This document shows, one piece after another, positions 32,682 through 44,400 of a stretch of DNA of 64,000 nt. This stretch comes from Clostridia bacterium (GTDB lineage Bacteria > Bacillota > Clostridia > TANB77 > CAG-508): the NCBI GenBank assembly GCA_045643205.1, contig JAZUKI010000005.1, forward strand, positions 1-64,000. The letters are read 5' to 3'. The notes under the pieces were generated by a model. The model saw only the letters and a list, made by a program, of their open reading frames with translations, did no database searches and had not been told where the DNA came from. Each line of letters starts with the position of its first letter. The first letter of the stretch is position 1. A program made the translations under genes and the position numbers.

Positions 32682-34715
32682 TTATAGTAATGAAATGTTT
32701 GTTATTCCTAAATATTCTAAAAAGAAATTTATAAATTTTGCATGTGACCAACCAAGTCCTATTACCCATGTTTTGTTTAAGTCTTTGTTAGATTGTTCTG
32801 GTAATAAACCAAGTGGTGTTGCGTTGTCAACAATAAACTTCATACAATCCGTTGCACTTTTCCTATCGCCTAATTTTGTATAATACATACCCATCATTGC
32901 AGTAGATATTATCCAAGGATTTGTACCACCAATATAGGTGTCGTTTTGAAATCTTAGATAACCACTGTTGTATGTTCTTAATGTTAAGTTAATTTCATCA
33001 ATTGTATTTTTCATAACTTCATCATCTGCATCAAAAACATAATAAGGTATGATTGCTCCTATTTCACTTATATCTGTTAAGTTGTCTACTGTATTTCTTT
33101 TTAAAACTTTTCTTTGTGTGTCATATAAATTTTCCAAAATATATTTTTTAATATTTTGTCTATAGATAATAAATTTAGGTTGCTCTTCTGCAATTTCATT
33201 CATCTTTTCTTGATTGTCTTTAAATCTATGTCCTACAATATTGTATATTTGTGACATTGCTCCAAATGCAGCATAGATAGCGCTTAAAGAATATAGATGA
33301 ATTCCTTCATTCATTTCCCATAAATCATAACTTGGATGCTTGTAAATTTCATCTTTGTCAATTTGATAAAACTTTTCTTTGCTTTCATTTTCTTCTGTAT
33401 TGTTTTCTTCAGAATTATTTTCTTCAGTATTATTTCCCTCTGGAACATTTTTTTCTTCGCCATTTAAAATATAATTAATATACTTTTCTAGAAAATCTAT
33501 TGCTTTTTCAAGCATAGGTAATATGTCTATTAGTAGATCTTCTTTGTCTTCATTAAAATATTTTTTAGCTATTTGATAATGTTTGTATGCTCCCCAAACT
33601 ACTTCTGCTGTTTCATCTATTTGGTATCCCCAACATGGAGCAAGTCTTCCATCTGTATAAAATCTTTGTTCCCACATTCCTGTTTTATCTTGAGTATTTT
33701 TTAGGAATATTTTATAGAATTTATCTCCATAATCATCAAATCCTAAAAAATCTAATGCTAGATATACCATTACATTGTCACGTGGCCAACAAAATGAGTA
33801 TCTTCCTGATTTATCTCTTTCTTCATCTACTTCAAGTGATGCTGAAATTCCACCAGTTTCTTCATTTACTAATAAAGGCATATAAAGAATTGATCTGTTG
33901 TATATCTTCATCATGCTGTCCATTAGTTCTGTTCCATCTGATTTTATTTTTAATCTATTGTGTTCATCAAGAAAGTTCTTCCAATATTTTTCTATTTTTA
34001 CTAATTCTTTATCAACATTAATTTTTCTTATTTTATCAATGTTTTCTCTAATTTCATTCATATTGTTGTTTTCATATAACAAGTACATGTATACAACAAA
34101 TTCTTTTTCTTCGCCTGGATGTAAAACTCCTAAGTCATAGCTGATTGCTGCTTCTGATGCTTGTGAAATATAATCTTTGTCATAGATAACTCCAGAGTTT
34201 ATGTTTCTTTCAACATCATTAACTTGATGACTTAATGTTTTTTGATTTGCAAAAATTGCACAAGTAAAATTATGGCTGTATTGTATTAATGTTTCTTCTG
34301 TTATATAACTTCCAGCTTGGTTGTTATATGATGATAAAGTTTTTGAATGAACTAAAAAATTCATATTTAAATCAATTGTGTTATTGTTTTTAAATATATA
34401 TTTTTTAATTATTACATCTTTATCAATCATTACAGCATCAACTTGCTTAATATCCAAATTAAAATATGAGTTAGTAATTTCAGTATTTAAGATATTAGTA
34501 TTTTCTGTATAATATTGATTATATTTATTATTAACATCACTGTGTAAATAGATAATATTTGAATCATTTACCTTTATTCCAACATGTAGAAAATCTGAGT
34601 ATTGGCGGTAGTCAGGTAAAGGATAATATAGTCTAAGCAATTCACCATATTTTGTGAAACTTACAGTAACATCTTTATTGCCAATAAATGCATCATTAAA
34701 ATACTTTTTTTGCAT
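32682..34715 (-). CDS. GH15 glucoamylase-like glycoside hydrolase
   Basis: YSFCWPRD, QIDET, DLWE, GLLPEQ, LGWSHA. Confidence 0.9.
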   Translation of the reverse strand: MQKKYFNDAFIGNKDVTVSFTKYGELLRLYYPLPDYRQYSDFLHVGIKVNDSNIIYLHSDVNNKYNQYYTENTNILNTEITNSYFNLDIKQVDAVMIDKDVIIKKYIFKNNNTIDLNMNFLVHSKTLSSYNNQAGSYITEETLIQYSHNFTCAIFANQKTLSHQVNDVERNINSGVIYDKDYISQASEAAISYDLGVLHPGEEKEFVVYMYLLYENNNMNEIRENIDKIRKINVDKELVKIEKYWKNFLDEHNRLKIKSDGTELMDSMMKIYNRSILYMPLLVNEETGGISASLEVDEERDKSGRYSFCWPRDNVMVYLALDFLGFDDYGDKFYKIFLKNTQDKTGMWEQRFYTDGRLAPCWGYQIDETAEVVWGAYKHYQIAKKYFNEDKEDLLIDILPMLEKAIDFLEKYINYILNGEEKNVPEGNNTEENNSEENNTEENESKEKFYQIDKDEIYKHPSYDLWEMNEGIHLYSLSAIYAAFGAMSQIYNIVGHRFKDNQEKMNEIAEEQPKFIIYRQNIKKYILENLYDTQRKVLKRNTVDNLTDISEIGAIIPYYVFDADDEVMKNTIDEINLTLRTYNSGYLRFQNDTYIGGTNPWIISTAMMGMYYTKLGDRKSATDCMKFIVDNATPLGLLPEQSNKDLNKTWVIGLGWSHAKFINFFLEYLGITNISLL

Positions 34716-34821
34716 ATGTGCTCCTCTTATTTTATCTTTTGTTTAGTCTTGTTGTTGTCTTTTAATACTCTATGTTTGTTTTATTTATATCTGTTAATTA
34801 AATTTATCTGTCATTAATGTT

Positions 34822-36504
34822 TTATTCTTCGTTATTATCTTTGTTCATTATTTCAATTATTTGCGCACGAAGATCATTTACTTTTTTATTTAGTCTATTC
34901 ATTTCTTCATCATTACTTGAAGAAATTCTAACGTCTTCTTCGATTGATTTTCTCATATCTTTTAATTCATTTTCTAAGGAAATCATCTTATTTATTAAAT
35001 CAAGTCTATCTAAATCTTTCTTAATTGGATTTGTATATATTTGTTCTGATTTAAGTTCTGCATCAGGATTTTCTAATTTAAATTCTTCTCCATATGTAGG
35101 AATTTGAACATCTATATCTGGGAATTCTTCACCAATTTTTCCTCTTAAAACATCTTGTGGATCAGGTTCTCCGTGTACTAAGAATATGTGTTTTGGTTTC
35201 TTTGTTCTAAATGAACCTATAAAATTCATTAATCCTGATTGATCAGCATGTCCTGAAAAACCTTCGATGTATTTTATGTTTGCACGTACTGAAAATTCTT
35301 CACCGAATATTTTAACTTTATCAGCACCATCTACAATTCTTCTTCCTAATGTTCCTGGTGCTTGGTATCCTACAAATAAAATTGTTGAGCTTGGATTCCA
35401 AATATTATGTTTTAAGTGATGTTTAATTCTTCCTACATCACACATACCAGATGCTGATATTATGATGCATGGTTCTGTTGATTCGTTTAATGCTTTTGAA
35501 TCATCTACACTTTGAGTGAATTTTAATCCTGGAAATTCTAGTGGATTATCTCCTCTTTCAATAAATTCTTGTATTTCAGGTTTGAACAATTCTAAGTTTT
35601 GTTTAAATATTTGTGTTGCTGATACTGCAAGTGGACTATCAACATATACTGGAGTTTTCATTAATACTTCGTATTCTTTTTGAAACTCTTCATCATCCTT
35701 GTGTTGATCTTTAATTTGATTTAATTCATATAGAATTTCTTGTGTTCTACCAACTGCAAATGATGGAATAATTACTGTTCCACCTTTTTCAATTGTTTCA
35801 CTAACTATATCTAGGAACAATGTTGATTTTTCATCGTTTCTATTGTGTAGTCTGTTTCCGTATGTTGATTCCATTACTAAGTAGTCTGTATCATTTATCA
35901 TTGTAGGACTTGAAAGTAATGGTATGTCATTATTTCCCAAGTCTCCTGTAAATGTGATTTTTTGTTCTTTTCCATCTTCTGTCACCCAGATTTCAATAAT
36001 ACTACTTCCAAGCATGTGGCCTGCATCATTGAATCTTGCTACTATTCCAGGTGCTATATCTACTAATTCATCGTATTTTTTTGGAACAAAAATTTCCATA
36101 CAATCAATACCATCTTTTGCTGTGTATAAAGGTTCTAATATCGCTTTTTGTCCGCTTCTCATTCTTTTCTTGTTTTTGTAATCATTTTCTGTTTCTTGAA
36201 TGTGGCCTGCATCAGGAAGCATTATTGAGCATAAGTCAGTAGTTGCTTTTGTTGCATAAACAGGATTTCTATATCCATCTTTATATAACTTAGGAATTCT
36301 TCCTGAGTGATCAATATGTGCGTGTGTTAAAAGTACAAAGTCAATTGTACTTACATCGTAATCGAATGGTTTATCATTCATTAATTCTTCTTCAAAACTA
36401 CCTTGATGTAATCCGCAATCAACTAAAAATCTTTTACCTGCTGCTTCTATTAAATAGTTTGATCCTGTTACTGCTCTAGTTGCTCCTAGAAAAGTTATTT
36501 TCAT
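34822..36504 (-). CDS. MBL-fold beta-CASP ribonuclease
   Basis: THAHIDHSG, AGHMLGS, TGDLG, MESTYG, FAVGRTQE, SGHAD, LVHGE. Confidence 0.93.
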   Translation of the reverse strand: MKITFLGATRAVTGSNYLIEAAGKRFLVDCGLHQGSFEEELMNDKPFDYDVSTIDFVLLTHAHIDHSGRIPKLYKDGYRNPVYATKATTDLCSIMLPDAGHIQETENDYKNKKRMRSGQKAILEPLYTAKDGIDCMEIFVPKKYDELVDIAPGIVARFNDAGHMLGSSIIEIWVTEDGKEQKITFTGDLGNNDIPLLSSPTMINDTDYLVMESTYGNRLHNRNDEKSTLFLDIVSETIEKGGTVIIPSFAVGRTQEILYELNQIKDQHKDDEEFQKEYEVLMKTPVYVDSPLAVSATQIFKQNLELFKPEIQEFIERGDNPLEFPGLKFTQSVDDSKALNESTEPCIIISASGMCDVGRIKHHLKHNIWNPSSTILFVGYQAPGTLGRRIVDGADKVKIFGEEFSVRANIKYIEGFSGHADQSGLMNFIGSFRTKKPKHIFLVHGEPDPQDVLRGKIGEEFPDIDVQIPTYGEEFKLENPDAELKSEQIYTNPIKKDLDRLDLINKMISLENELKDMRKSIEEDVRISSSNDEEMNRLNKKVNDLRAQIIEIMNKDNNEE

Positions 36505-36519
36505 TTGTATACCTCACAC

Positions 36520-36600
36520 TTATTCAAAAATTTTAATCTTTGTTTTTAAAATTTAATCGCATTATAAAATTTGATTACATTATTCAAAAATTTTAATCTT
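36520..36600. repeat. 21-bp direct repeat duplicating a gene 3' end
   Basis: TTATTCAAAAATTTTAATCTT at 36520 and 36580. Confidence 0.9.
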
Positions 36601-38031
36601 ACGAGTTGTTCTAATTTCTATGTCGCTTCCTTCTGGTACTGGAACATCATATTTTTGGTCAATTATATCTCCATCATAGATTTCTACATGAATTAAGTTG
36701 TCTGATGATGTTAATTTTATTGTTAGCTTTTCAAGTAAAACAACTTGGCTATTAAATATTCCTTTTAAAATTCTATAATCAAGTAAATCATTATTTGATA
36801 TTGGTTGTATTACTTCTGCTTTTATTGCTTTTGGAATAAGTATTTCTTTTATATCATCAAGTTTAATCATCCACTTTGGTAAATTACTTAAGTATCTTAC
36901 TTCATATAATAAATCTAAAATATCTTTTTTGCTCTTAGCTTTATTAACTTTGATTTCAAACATCTTTAAAAACTCTTTTGTAAGTTTTGTTATTGCTGTT
37001 TTACTTTCGTAGAACTTTATTTCATATTCTATTTTTTCTAAATCTCTAAAATAATTATTAGGATTTCCATTTTTATCAATTAGGTTTAATCTCTTTGTTA
37101 GTTTGTTCTTTTGATTTTCTAATTGTTCAGCATAATCACTAACACTAAATATTTTTTTATTTTGACTTGCTTTTTGATTATATAAAACAAAATTCTTTTT
37201 TAATGATGCTGCTGAATTTAAAATCTTGTTATATTTGCTTATTTCATCTGCAACTTTTTTTCTTTCTTCTATTTGCTTTGAAATAAGTGGTGCACGTTTT
37301 TTCATTTTAATTAAATCAATTTTATCTTCATAAATTCTATTAAATGTTTCTGTATTTCTATCAATATGTTTTGATGTATAAAATTGAATACATGCATTTT
37401 TTAATTCATTAAAGAACTCTGGTGTTACTGATGTTTTTATTTCGTTTAAATCTACATTTTCAAATAATGTTGGACCAATTATAAATAACAAGTATGTAAA
37501 AATAATATTGCATTCAATGCTTTCTAATTCTTTTTCATCGCTTGCCCATGCCCATCCATTAAAGTCTCTAATGATTTCTGATATTGCTATACATTTTCCA
37601 ATGTTGATTGTTGAATATATAGCTACTCCTGCTTCACCCCATTTCTTTTTTGCTGACTTAATTGCCATTTTTGAAATGTTGTAAATTAGACTTTTAGAGT
37701 TAGGTGCTGTTAATAATGTTTTGTTGTTTTGCTTACTATCTTCTTCTATTAAATTTAGTTTATTAGTTGTTAAATATTTTTGAAGTTGATTTCTAGGAGT
37801 TGCAATTTGAATACTATCTACATTGTTTAATGTTGTTTCAACAATTTGATATTCAAGATCATCAAGATCTGGTGTAATTCTTTTTACAACTTTGTAGTTA
37901 GGATATGATTCTTCTATTTTGTAAAACATATTTAGAATTAAATTTTCAGATTCATGTCCATAGCCTTTTTCTTCAACAATACTAGCTAATTCATCTTTAT
38001 AATCATGTGAAATTAGTTTTCTTTTTGCCAT
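36580..38031 (-). CDS. Hypothetical protein (483 aa) with a coiled-coil middle
   Basis: RBS GAGGG; long ORF directly after ftsK; no motif recognised. Confidence 0.8.
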   Translation of the reverse strand: MAKRKLISHDYKDELASIVEEKGYGHESENLILNMFYKIEESYPNYKVVKRITPDLDDLEYQIVETTLNNVDSIQIATPRNQLQKYLTTNKLNLIEEDSKQNNKTLLTAPNSKSLIYNISKMAIKSAKKKWGEAGVAIYSTINIGKCIAISEIIRDFNGWAWASDEKELESIECNIIFTYLLFIIGPTLFENVDLNEIKTSVTPEFFNELKNACIQFYTSKHIDRNTETFNRIYEDKIDLIKMKKRAPLISKQIEERKKVADEISKYNKILNSAASLKKNFVLYNQKASQNKKIFSVSDYAEQLENQKNKLTKRLNLIDKNGNPNNYFRDLEKIEYEIKFYESKTAITKLTKEFLKMFEIKVNKAKSKKDILDLLYEVRYLSNLPKWMIKLDDIKEILIPKAIKAEVIQPISNNDLLDYRILKGIFNSQVVLLEKLTIKLTSSDNLIHVEIYDGDIIDQKYDVPVPEGSDIEIRTTRKIKIFE

Positions 38032-38051
38032 TACTTTCCCCTCATAATATT

Positions 38052-40748
38052 TTATTCATCAATATCTTCTTCGTCCTCGTACTCTATATTATCGTCATCA
38101 TCTGTATATTCATCATCTTCATCTTCTTCGTGATCTTCGTACTTTTCAACATCTTCATATTCTTCGTCATCTTCGTATTCTTCATCTTCAGATTCTTCAT
38201 CGTCTTCGTATTCTTCATCTGAATCTTCATCATATTCGCTGTCTTCGTCTTCATATTCTTCATCATCTTCGTACTCTTCGTCATCTTCATATTCATCTGA
38301 ATCTTCATACTCTTCGTCTTCATATTCTTCTGAATTATGTCCTGCCTTCTTAGATGATGGTGCAGCATTTAATTCTTCCCATCTTTCTTGGGTAATTAAT
38401 ACTGTTCTTGGTTTACTTCCTTGGTAACCTGAGATAATTCCTCTTTCTTCTATTTGATCAAGAATTCTTCTTGCCCTTGAATATCCAACTTTTAATTTTG
38501 TTTGTAAGAATGTAGCTGATGCTGTTTGATATTGAATAACGTAATTAATTGCTTCTTCTAATAAGTCATCTGTTCCATCATCTTCTTCATCATCTGAACC
38601 TTTTTTCTTATTTACTTGTTCAGGGTTTGCATTGTTTTCAATAAATTCATTAATACTTGAATCATAAATATTATCGCCATCTTTCTTAACAAACTTCACT
38701 AAGTTTTCTACTTCACTATCTGAAACAAATGCACCTTGTATTCTTGTAGGTTTTGGATCACCTGATGGATAGAATAACATATCACCTTTTCCAAGAAGTT
38801 TTTCTGCACCTGCACCATCAAGTATTGTTCTTGAATCTACTTGTGATGAAACTGCAAATGCAATTCTTGATGGAATGTTTGCTTTAATAATACCTGTGAT
38901 AACATCTACTGATGGTCTTTGTGTTGCAATTACTAAGTGCATTCCTGCTGCTCTTGCTTTTTGTGCTAATCTACAAATTGCATCTTCAACTTCTTTTGCA
39001 GCAACCATCATTAAATCTGCTAACTCGTCTATTATAATTACCATATGTGGTAATTTAGGTTCGCCTTTTGTTTCTGCAAGTTCATTGTAACCTTGTATGT
39101 TTCTTACTGATTTTTTTGCAAATAAGTTATATCTATTTTCCATTTCTTGAACTGCCCAGTTTAATGCACCTGCTGCTTTTTTAGCATCTGTTACAACCGG
39201 AATTAATAAGTGTGGTATTCCATTATAAACTGAAAGTTCAACTATCTTTGGATCAACCATTAATAATTTTACTTCTGATGGTTTTGCTTTATAAATAATT
39301 GATGTGATTAATGTATTGATACATACTGATTTTCCAGAACCTGTAGCACCTGCAATAAGTACGTGTGGCATCTTTGCGATATCAGTAACTATAATGCTTC
39401 CTGCAACATCTTTTCCTAATGCCATTGTTAATTTTGATTTTCCATTTTGGAATTGTTCTGATTCTACTATTTCTTTTAATCCAACTACTGATTTAAATTT
39501 GTTTGGAACTTCAATACCTACTGTGTGTTTTCCTGGAATTGGAGCTTCAATTCTTATTGTTTCAGCTTCAAGTGCTAATGCGATATCATCTGATAGGTTA
39601 GAAATTTTATTTACTCTAACACCTTGAGCTGGTGCTAATTCAAATCTTGTAATTGCTGGTCCTACAGAAACATTTTCTACTTTTGCACTTACCCCAAAAC
39701 TTTGTAATGTCTTTCTTAATTTTTCTGCTGTTGTTAATAAGGTTTTCTTATCTTCACTCTTAACGTTTTCTGGTGGATCAGCTAATATATCAATTGGTGG
39801 GAAGTCATAGTTGTATTCTTCTTCTGTTAAACCGTGTTGTAAATTTAATTCTTCTGAAACTTCTTCTTCTTTTTCTTTTTTCTTCTTTGTGAATAGTTCT
39901 TCTTCAGATCCTGCGTCTATATCCTTTATTGAAGCAACGCCTGCACGTTTCTTAAGTTTCTTTCCATTGTGTATGTCAGGAACAACCATTCCTGGTGATG
40001 GATGTTTCTTCTTTTTATTAGTATTATTTAAATTGATTGTAATTTGTTCGTTGATAGGTTCTTCTTCGTCTTCTTCCTCTTCTTCATTTTCTTCTTTATG
40101 GAATAATTTATCTAGGAATGTTCTGTGCTTTGGTTCTTCTTCCTCTTCCTCTTCTTCAACTGCTCTTCTTCTTTCTCTAATGTTATTTGCTTTTTCTTGA
40201 GCTTTTGAAACAGAGTTTGAAATATGATCTGCTGGATGTAAGTTGAACATTCTTACTATTAATACTAATAATGCACCTACTAAAACAATTACTGCGCCTG
40301 TGTTTGATAAAAGTTTTGCTAGTAGCAGTGCAGGGAACGTTCCTACAACGCCTCCACCAACATCTACTTTTCCTAGCTCGTATGCTTTGCTTAAAACGTT
40401 TCCAAAATCATCTGCGTAATCTATTACGCTTGGTTGTGAAAATTGATAGCATGCTAAAATTGCATCAACTAATATTAATATAATAATAAACAGCCAAACT
40501 TTTTTTGGATATGATCCAAATTCTCTATTGATTGCAATGTATATAGCCATTAAGAATAATCCTGGTGGCATTAAATATTTTATATATCCAAATATTCCAC
40601 CTAATACAGGGCTTATAGTTTCACCTACAACCCCAGCTTGCATATATATTAAAACACCTAAAAGAATAGCTAAAACAATCATTATAACTACTGTTATATT
40701 TAGATTTCTTTCTTCAAGTTGTTTTTTCTTACTTTTTCCTCTTGGCAT
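38052..40748 (-). CDS. ftsK: DNA translocase FtsK/SpoIIIE with a long acidic C-terminal tail
   Basis: N-terminal TMs, [23 protein letters not shown], gamma domain ([11 protein letters not shown]). Start at MPRGK after AGGAGG. Confidence 0.96.
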   Translation of the reverse strand: MPRGKSKKKQLEERNLNITVVIMIVLAILLGVLIYMQAGVVGETISPVLGGIFGYIKYLMPPGLFLMAIYIAINREFGSYPKKVWLFIIILILVDAILACYQFSQPSVIDYADDFGNVLSKAYELGKVDVGGGVVGTFPALLLAKLLSNTGAVIVLVGALLVLIVRMFNLHPADHISNSVSKAQEKANNIRERRRAVEEEEEEEEPKHRTFLDKLFHKEENEEEEEDEEEPINEQITINLNNTNKKKKHPSPGMVVPDIHNGKKLKKRAGVASIKDIDAGSEEELFTKKKKEKEEEVSEELNLQHGLTEEEYNYDFPPIDILADPPENVKSEDKKTLLTTAEKLRKTLQSFGVSAKVENVSVGPAITRFELAPAQGVRVNKISNLSDDIALALEAETIRIEAPIPGKHTVGIEVPNKFKSVVGLKEIVESEQFQNGKSKLTMALGKDVAGSIIVTDIAKMPHVLIAGATGSGKSVCINTLITSIIYKAKPSEVKLLMVDPKIVELSVYNGIPHLLIPVVTDAKKAAGALNWAVQEMENRYNLFAKKSVRNIQGYNELAETKGEPKLPHMVIIIDELADLMMVAAKEVEDAICRLAQKARAAGMHLVIATQRPSVDVITGIIKANIPSRIAFAVSSQVDSRTILDGAGAEKLLGKGDMLFYPSGDPKPTRIQGAFVSDSEVENLVKFVKKDGDNIYDSSINEFIENNANPEQVNKKKGSDDEEDDGTDDLLEEAINYVIQYQTASATFLQTKLKVGYSRARRILDQIEERGIISGYQGSKPRTVLITQERWEELNAAPSSKKAGHNSEEYEDEEYEDSDEYEDDEEYEDDEEYEDEDSEYDEDSDEEYEDDEESEDEEYEDDEEYEDVEKYEDHEEDEDDEYTDDDDNIEYEDEEDIDE

Positions 40749-40800
40749 TAATGTCCTCCTGTTGGTAAAAAATACCATTTATTGAAAGTTTATTTTTTAA

Positions 40801-40865
40801 CTTAAAATGCTTATAGTATTTTGCTTAAAGTGCTTATAATATTTTGCTTAAAACGCTTACAATAT
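40801..40865. repeat. About three 23-bp tandem repeats upstream of ftsK
   Basis: CTTAAAATGCTTATAGTATTTTG / CTTAAAGTGCTTATAATATTTTG / CTTAAAACGCTTACAATAT. Confidence 0.85.
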
Positions 40866-41092
40866 ACCGATTGAATTATATATTAATGAGTTTAATTATT
40901 CAATAAAATAATTTGAAAAAATGATTTAAAAGTGGCTAAAATACAGGCTTTTTCGCCACTTTTATGTTGTATTAATTTTATGTTAAATTTTGTTTAATTT
41001 ATAGTAATATTTCTTGCTTTATGTAAACAGAATTAGACAAAAAAAAATTAATTTGATTGGCTTTTAATTTTTAATAGGGATTTTTTTTTATA

Positions 41093-41170
41093 AAAATTTT
41101 AAGACAAAAAAATTAAGAGAGATTTTATAAGCAAAATTTTAAGACAAAAAAATTAAGAGAGATTTTATAA
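41093..41170. repeat. 38-bp direct repeat (period 40) duplicating half of the rplQ terminator
   Basis: AAAATTTTAAGACAAAAAAATTAAGAGAGATTTTATAA twice. Confidence 0.92.
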
Positions 41171-41181
41171 ATCTCTCTTAA
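41146..41181 (-). terminator. Terminator of the ribosomal superoperon
   Basis: TTAAGAGAGATTT-N3-AAATCTCTCTTAA plus a U-tract. Confidence 0.8.
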
Positions 41182-41199
41182 TATAAATACTTTATCTAA

Positions 41200-41721
41200 T
41201 TAAACTAATTTTAAAATTACAGCTTCTGCTGCGTCTCCTCTACGTGCACCTTTCTTAATGATTTGAGTATAACCTCCAACCTTTGTTGCATATCTAGGAG
41301 CGATTACATTGAATAATTTATCTGTTAAATCGATTGAGTTTCCTTCTTCGTCTTTAACTTTGTTAATCTTTGTAAACATTTTTCTTCTAGCGGCTAATCT
41401 TGATGGTTCGTCTTTTTGTCTCTTTTCTGTTTTTGATTCTTTAACTACCTTTAAGAATTCTTTGCCGTTTTTACTCTTTGCAAGTTCTGTTTCTTTGTTT
41501 CCCTTACTATCTAATTTTGCTTTAACAACTTTAGCGTCAACTTCTGTGAAGTTATCTTTTTCTTTAACTGCTAATGCGATAAGGCTATCAACTATTGCTT
41601 TAACTTCTTTAGCTCTTGCTTCAGTAGTTTCGATTTGTTCATGCCATATTAAATCAGTAGTTAAGTTTTTTAAGATTGACATACGTTGATCAGTTGTTCT
41701 ACCTAATTTTCTCATTGCCAA
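41200..41721 (-). CDS. rplQ: 50S ribosomal protein L17 (with a long internal insertion)
   Basis: RKLGRT, TTEARAKE, GGYT, RRGDAA. Confidence 0.96.
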   Translation of the reverse strand: MAMRKLGRTTDQRMSILKNLTTDLIWHEQIETTEARAKEVKAIVDSLIALAVKEKDNFTEVDAKVVKAKLDSKGNKETELAKSKNGKEFLKVVKESKTEKRQKDEPSRLAARRKMFTKINKVKDEEGNSIDLTDKLFNVIAPRYATKVGGYTQIIKKGARRGDAAEAVILKLV

Positions 41722-41735
41722 TTTAATTCACCTTC

Positions 41736-42683
41736 CTATTCATCAATATTCTTTACGTCTAATCCTAGACTGTGAAGTTTATTAATTACTTCGTCAAGAG
41801 ATTTCTTTCCTAAGTTCTTAATCTTCATCATTTCAGGAACTGTTTTATTTGTTAATTGTCCAATGGTTGTTATTCCTGATCTTCTTAAACCATTGAATGA
41901 TCTTACTGATAATTCCAATGTTTCGATTGGTTTTTCAAGAAGTTGTTGTTCAACGTCTACTTCTTTATCTTTCATAACTGTTGTGCTCTTTGCTGCTTCT
42001 GAAAGATCTACAAATAATTGAATATGTTCTGTTAAAACTTTTGCTGCTAAGCTTAATGCTTCGAATGGCTCTAAGCTTCCATCAGTCCAAAGTTCAATTG
42101 TTAATTTGTCGTAATCTACCATTTGTCCAACTCTAGTGTTTTCAATGTTGTAGTTAACTTTCTTAACTGGTGAGAAAATACTATCAATTGAAATTACACC
42201 AATTGGTTGATTATCTTTTTTGTTTTTCTCTGCGGTATTATATCCTCTTCCTCTCTCTGCAGTTAATGTCATTTCAACTCTTCCGCCTTTTCCAACTGTG
42301 CAGATGTGAAGATCTGGATTTAGTATTTCTACTGTTCCATCTGTAATGATATCTCCAGCCGTTAATTCGCCTTCGCCTTTAAAGTCAATTCTTAAAGTTT
42401 TTTCTTCATTGTCATCCATTTTTAATCTAATCATTTTTAGATTTAAAATAATTTCTGGTACATCCTCAACAACATTTGGGATTGTTGTGAACTCATGTTC
42501 AACTCCTTCAATCTTTGCACTTGTGATTGCACTACCTGGTAATGAAGATAATAATATTCTTCTTAAAGAATTTCCAATTGTTATACCATAACCTCTTTCT
42601 AAAGGCTCACATAAAAACTTAGCGTAATGTTTGTCTTTATCGATTTCTAGGCATTTAATATTTGGCTTTTCAAATTCTATCAT
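41736..42683 (-). CDS. rpoA: RNA polymerase alpha subunit
   Basis: [22 protein letters not shown]; NLGKKSL. Confidence 0.99.
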   Translation of the reverse strand: MIEFEKPNIKCLEIDKDKHYAKFLCEPLERGYGITIGNSLRRILLSSLPGSAITSAKIEGVEHEFTTIPNVVEDVPEIILNLKMIRLKMDDNEEKTLRIDFKGEGELTAGDIITDGTVEILNPDLHICTVGKGGRVEMTLTAERGRGYNTAEKNKKDNQPIGVISIDSIFSPVKKVNYNIENTRVGQMVDYDKLTIELWTDGSLEPFEALSLAAKVLTEHIQLFVDLSEAAKSTTVMKDKEVDVEQQLLEKPIETLELSVRSFNGLRRSGITTIGQLTNKTVPEMMKIKNLGKKSLDEVINKLHSLGLDVKNIDE

Positions 42684-42783
42684 TTCTACCTCCTAAATTA
42701 TTTAGCAAAACTTATATGATAATTTAAGTTTTGCTTTAAAGAAAAATCTTAATAAATCAATTTTTAAGCATTTATTATATCTA

Positions 42784-43374
42784 TTATCTAGAATATAATT
42801 CAACGATTAAGTGCTCTTCAACTGGTAAATCAATATCTTCTCTAACAGCAAGTCTTACAACTTTGCCGCTTAATTTGTCAGCGTCTTTTTCTAACCAAGC
42901 TGGTACTGGTCTAGCTGCTTCTGTTTCAACAGCTGCTTTGATAGCTCCATTGTCTTTTTTGCTTTCTCTAACTGCAATAACATCTCCTGCTTTAACTAGG
43001 AATGATGGAACATCTACTTTTTGTCCATTTACTTCAAATGCTGCATGTGTTACAAGCATTCTTGCTTGTCTTCTTGTGCTTGCATAACCTAATCTATAAA
43101 CTACGTTATCTAATCTACTTTCTAGTAATTGTAATAAGTTATCACCTGTTTTTCCTTTAGCGTTGTTAGCCATTTCAAAATATTTTCTGAATTGCTTTTC
43201 TTGTACGCCATAGATGAATTTTGTTTTTTGTTTTTCTCTAAGTTGAAGTCCATATTCTGATACTTTTCTGTTGCTGTTTGATGGATTTCTTCTAGATTTT
43301 TTATTGTAACCTAGGAATCCTGGTTCGATACCAAGAGCCCTACTTCTTTTTAAAATATGTTTGTTGTCAGACAT
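42784..43374 (-). CDS. rpsD: 30S ribosomal protein S4
   Basis: [31 protein letters not shown]. Confidence 0.98.
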   Translation of the reverse strand: MSDNKHILKRSRALGIEPGFLGYNKKSRRNPSNSNRKVSEYGLQLREKQKTKFIYGVQEKQFRKYFEMANNAKGKTGDNLLQLLESRLDNVVYRLGYASTRRQARMLVTHAAFEVNGQKVDVPSFLVKAGDVIAVRESKKDNGAIKAAVETEAARPVPAWLEKDADKLSGKVVRLAVREDIDLPVEEHLIVELYSR

Positions 43375-43398
43375 ATTTCTCTACCTCCTAACTTTAAA

Positions 43399-43791
43399 TT
43401 ATACTCTTCTTCTTTTTGGTGGTCTGCAACCATTATGAGGGATTGGAGTTACGTCTCTAATTGATGTAATTTCTAATCCTGCTGTAGATAATGATCTAAT
43501 TGCAGATTCACGACCTGCTCCTGGTCCTTTAATGAAAACTTCTACAGTTTTTAATCCATGTTCCATAGCTGCTTTTGCTGCTGTTTCAGCAACTTCTCCA
43601 GCTGTGAATGGAGTACTTTTTCTTGATCCTTTAAATCCTAATCCACCGGCACTAGCCCAAGAAATTGTATTTCCTTGTGTGTCGGTAATTGTAACGATTG
43701 TATTATTAAAGCTTGCATGAATCATTACTTTTCCTGATTGAATGTTCTTGCTTACTTTTCTTCTACTTGTGGCTTTCTTTGCTGTTGCCAT
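43399..43791 (-). CDS. rpsK: 30S ribosomal protein S11
   Basis: [21 protein letters not shown]. Confidence 0.99.
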   Translation of the reverse strand: MATAKKATSRRKVSKNIQSGKVMIHASFNNTIVTITDTQGNTISWASAGGLGFKGSRKSTPFTAGEVAETAAKAAMEHGLKTVEVFIKGPGAGRESAIRSLSTAGLEITSIRDVTPIPHNGCRPPKRRRV

Positions 43792-43811
43792 TCTTTACTT
43801 ACCTCCTAAAA

Positions 43812-44180
43812 TTAATCTTTCTTTGTACGAACTACTAATTTTCTTGGACCCTTTCTTGTACGGGCATTAGTTTTAGTTCTTTGTCCTCTTACTGGAAGAC
43901 TTTTCTTATGTCTTGTTCCTCTGAAGCAACCCATTTCAATTAATTGTTTTATGTTTAATTGTGTTTCTCTTCTTAGGTCACCTTCTACTAAATAACCAGA
44001 CATTGCTTTTCTAATAGCTTGTTCTTGATCATCTGTTAAGTCTTTAACTCTAGTGTCTGGATTGATACCAGCTTCTGCTAGAATTTTTTGTGATCTTTTC
44101 AAACCTATACCATAAATGTATGTAAGTCCGATTTCTACCCTTTTTTCTTTTGGTAGTTCAACTCCTGCTATACGAGCCAT
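43812..44180 (-). CDS. rpsM: 30S ribosomal protein S13
   Basis: MARIAGV...[16 protein letters not shown]; start after GAGGTG. Confidence 0.99.
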   Translation of the reverse strand: MARIAGVELPKEKRVEIGLTYIYGIGLKRSQKILAEAGINPDTRVKDLTDDQEQAIRKAMSGYLVEGDLRRETQLNIKQLIEMGCFRGTRHKKSLPVRGQRTKTNARTRKGPRKLVVRTKKD

Positions 44181-44199
44181 GTTTACACCTCTTTCATAA

Positions 44200-44400
44200 A
44201 TTTTGTATTTGTATATTTTAATTTTTCTATCTTGCACTTCTAAAGGTGAAATGCACCGAATTTAATGTTAATAACACGAGTTAGAAAGGTTTGGTCGTAT
44301 TATTAATATTAAATTCGATCTCTAAAAGTTTAAGATAAAGTATTTATATTTTACATATTCTCAATCAGCCGCGCGAGAAATATGAAAATAACTAAAATTG
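44200..44400 (-). ncRNA. Structured cis-regulatory leader upstream of rpsM (S4-type r-leader candidate)
   Basis: Several hairpins, including a 23-bp stem at 44257-44317, in a 343-bp spacer. Confidence 0.5.

Noticed and set aside
38084-38368. 94-aa MKMTK-repeat ORF inside the ftsK tail
   Set aside because: An alternative frame of the GAA/GAT/TAT repeats, which are stop-poor by composition; no RBS. A frameshift product cannot be excluded but has no support.
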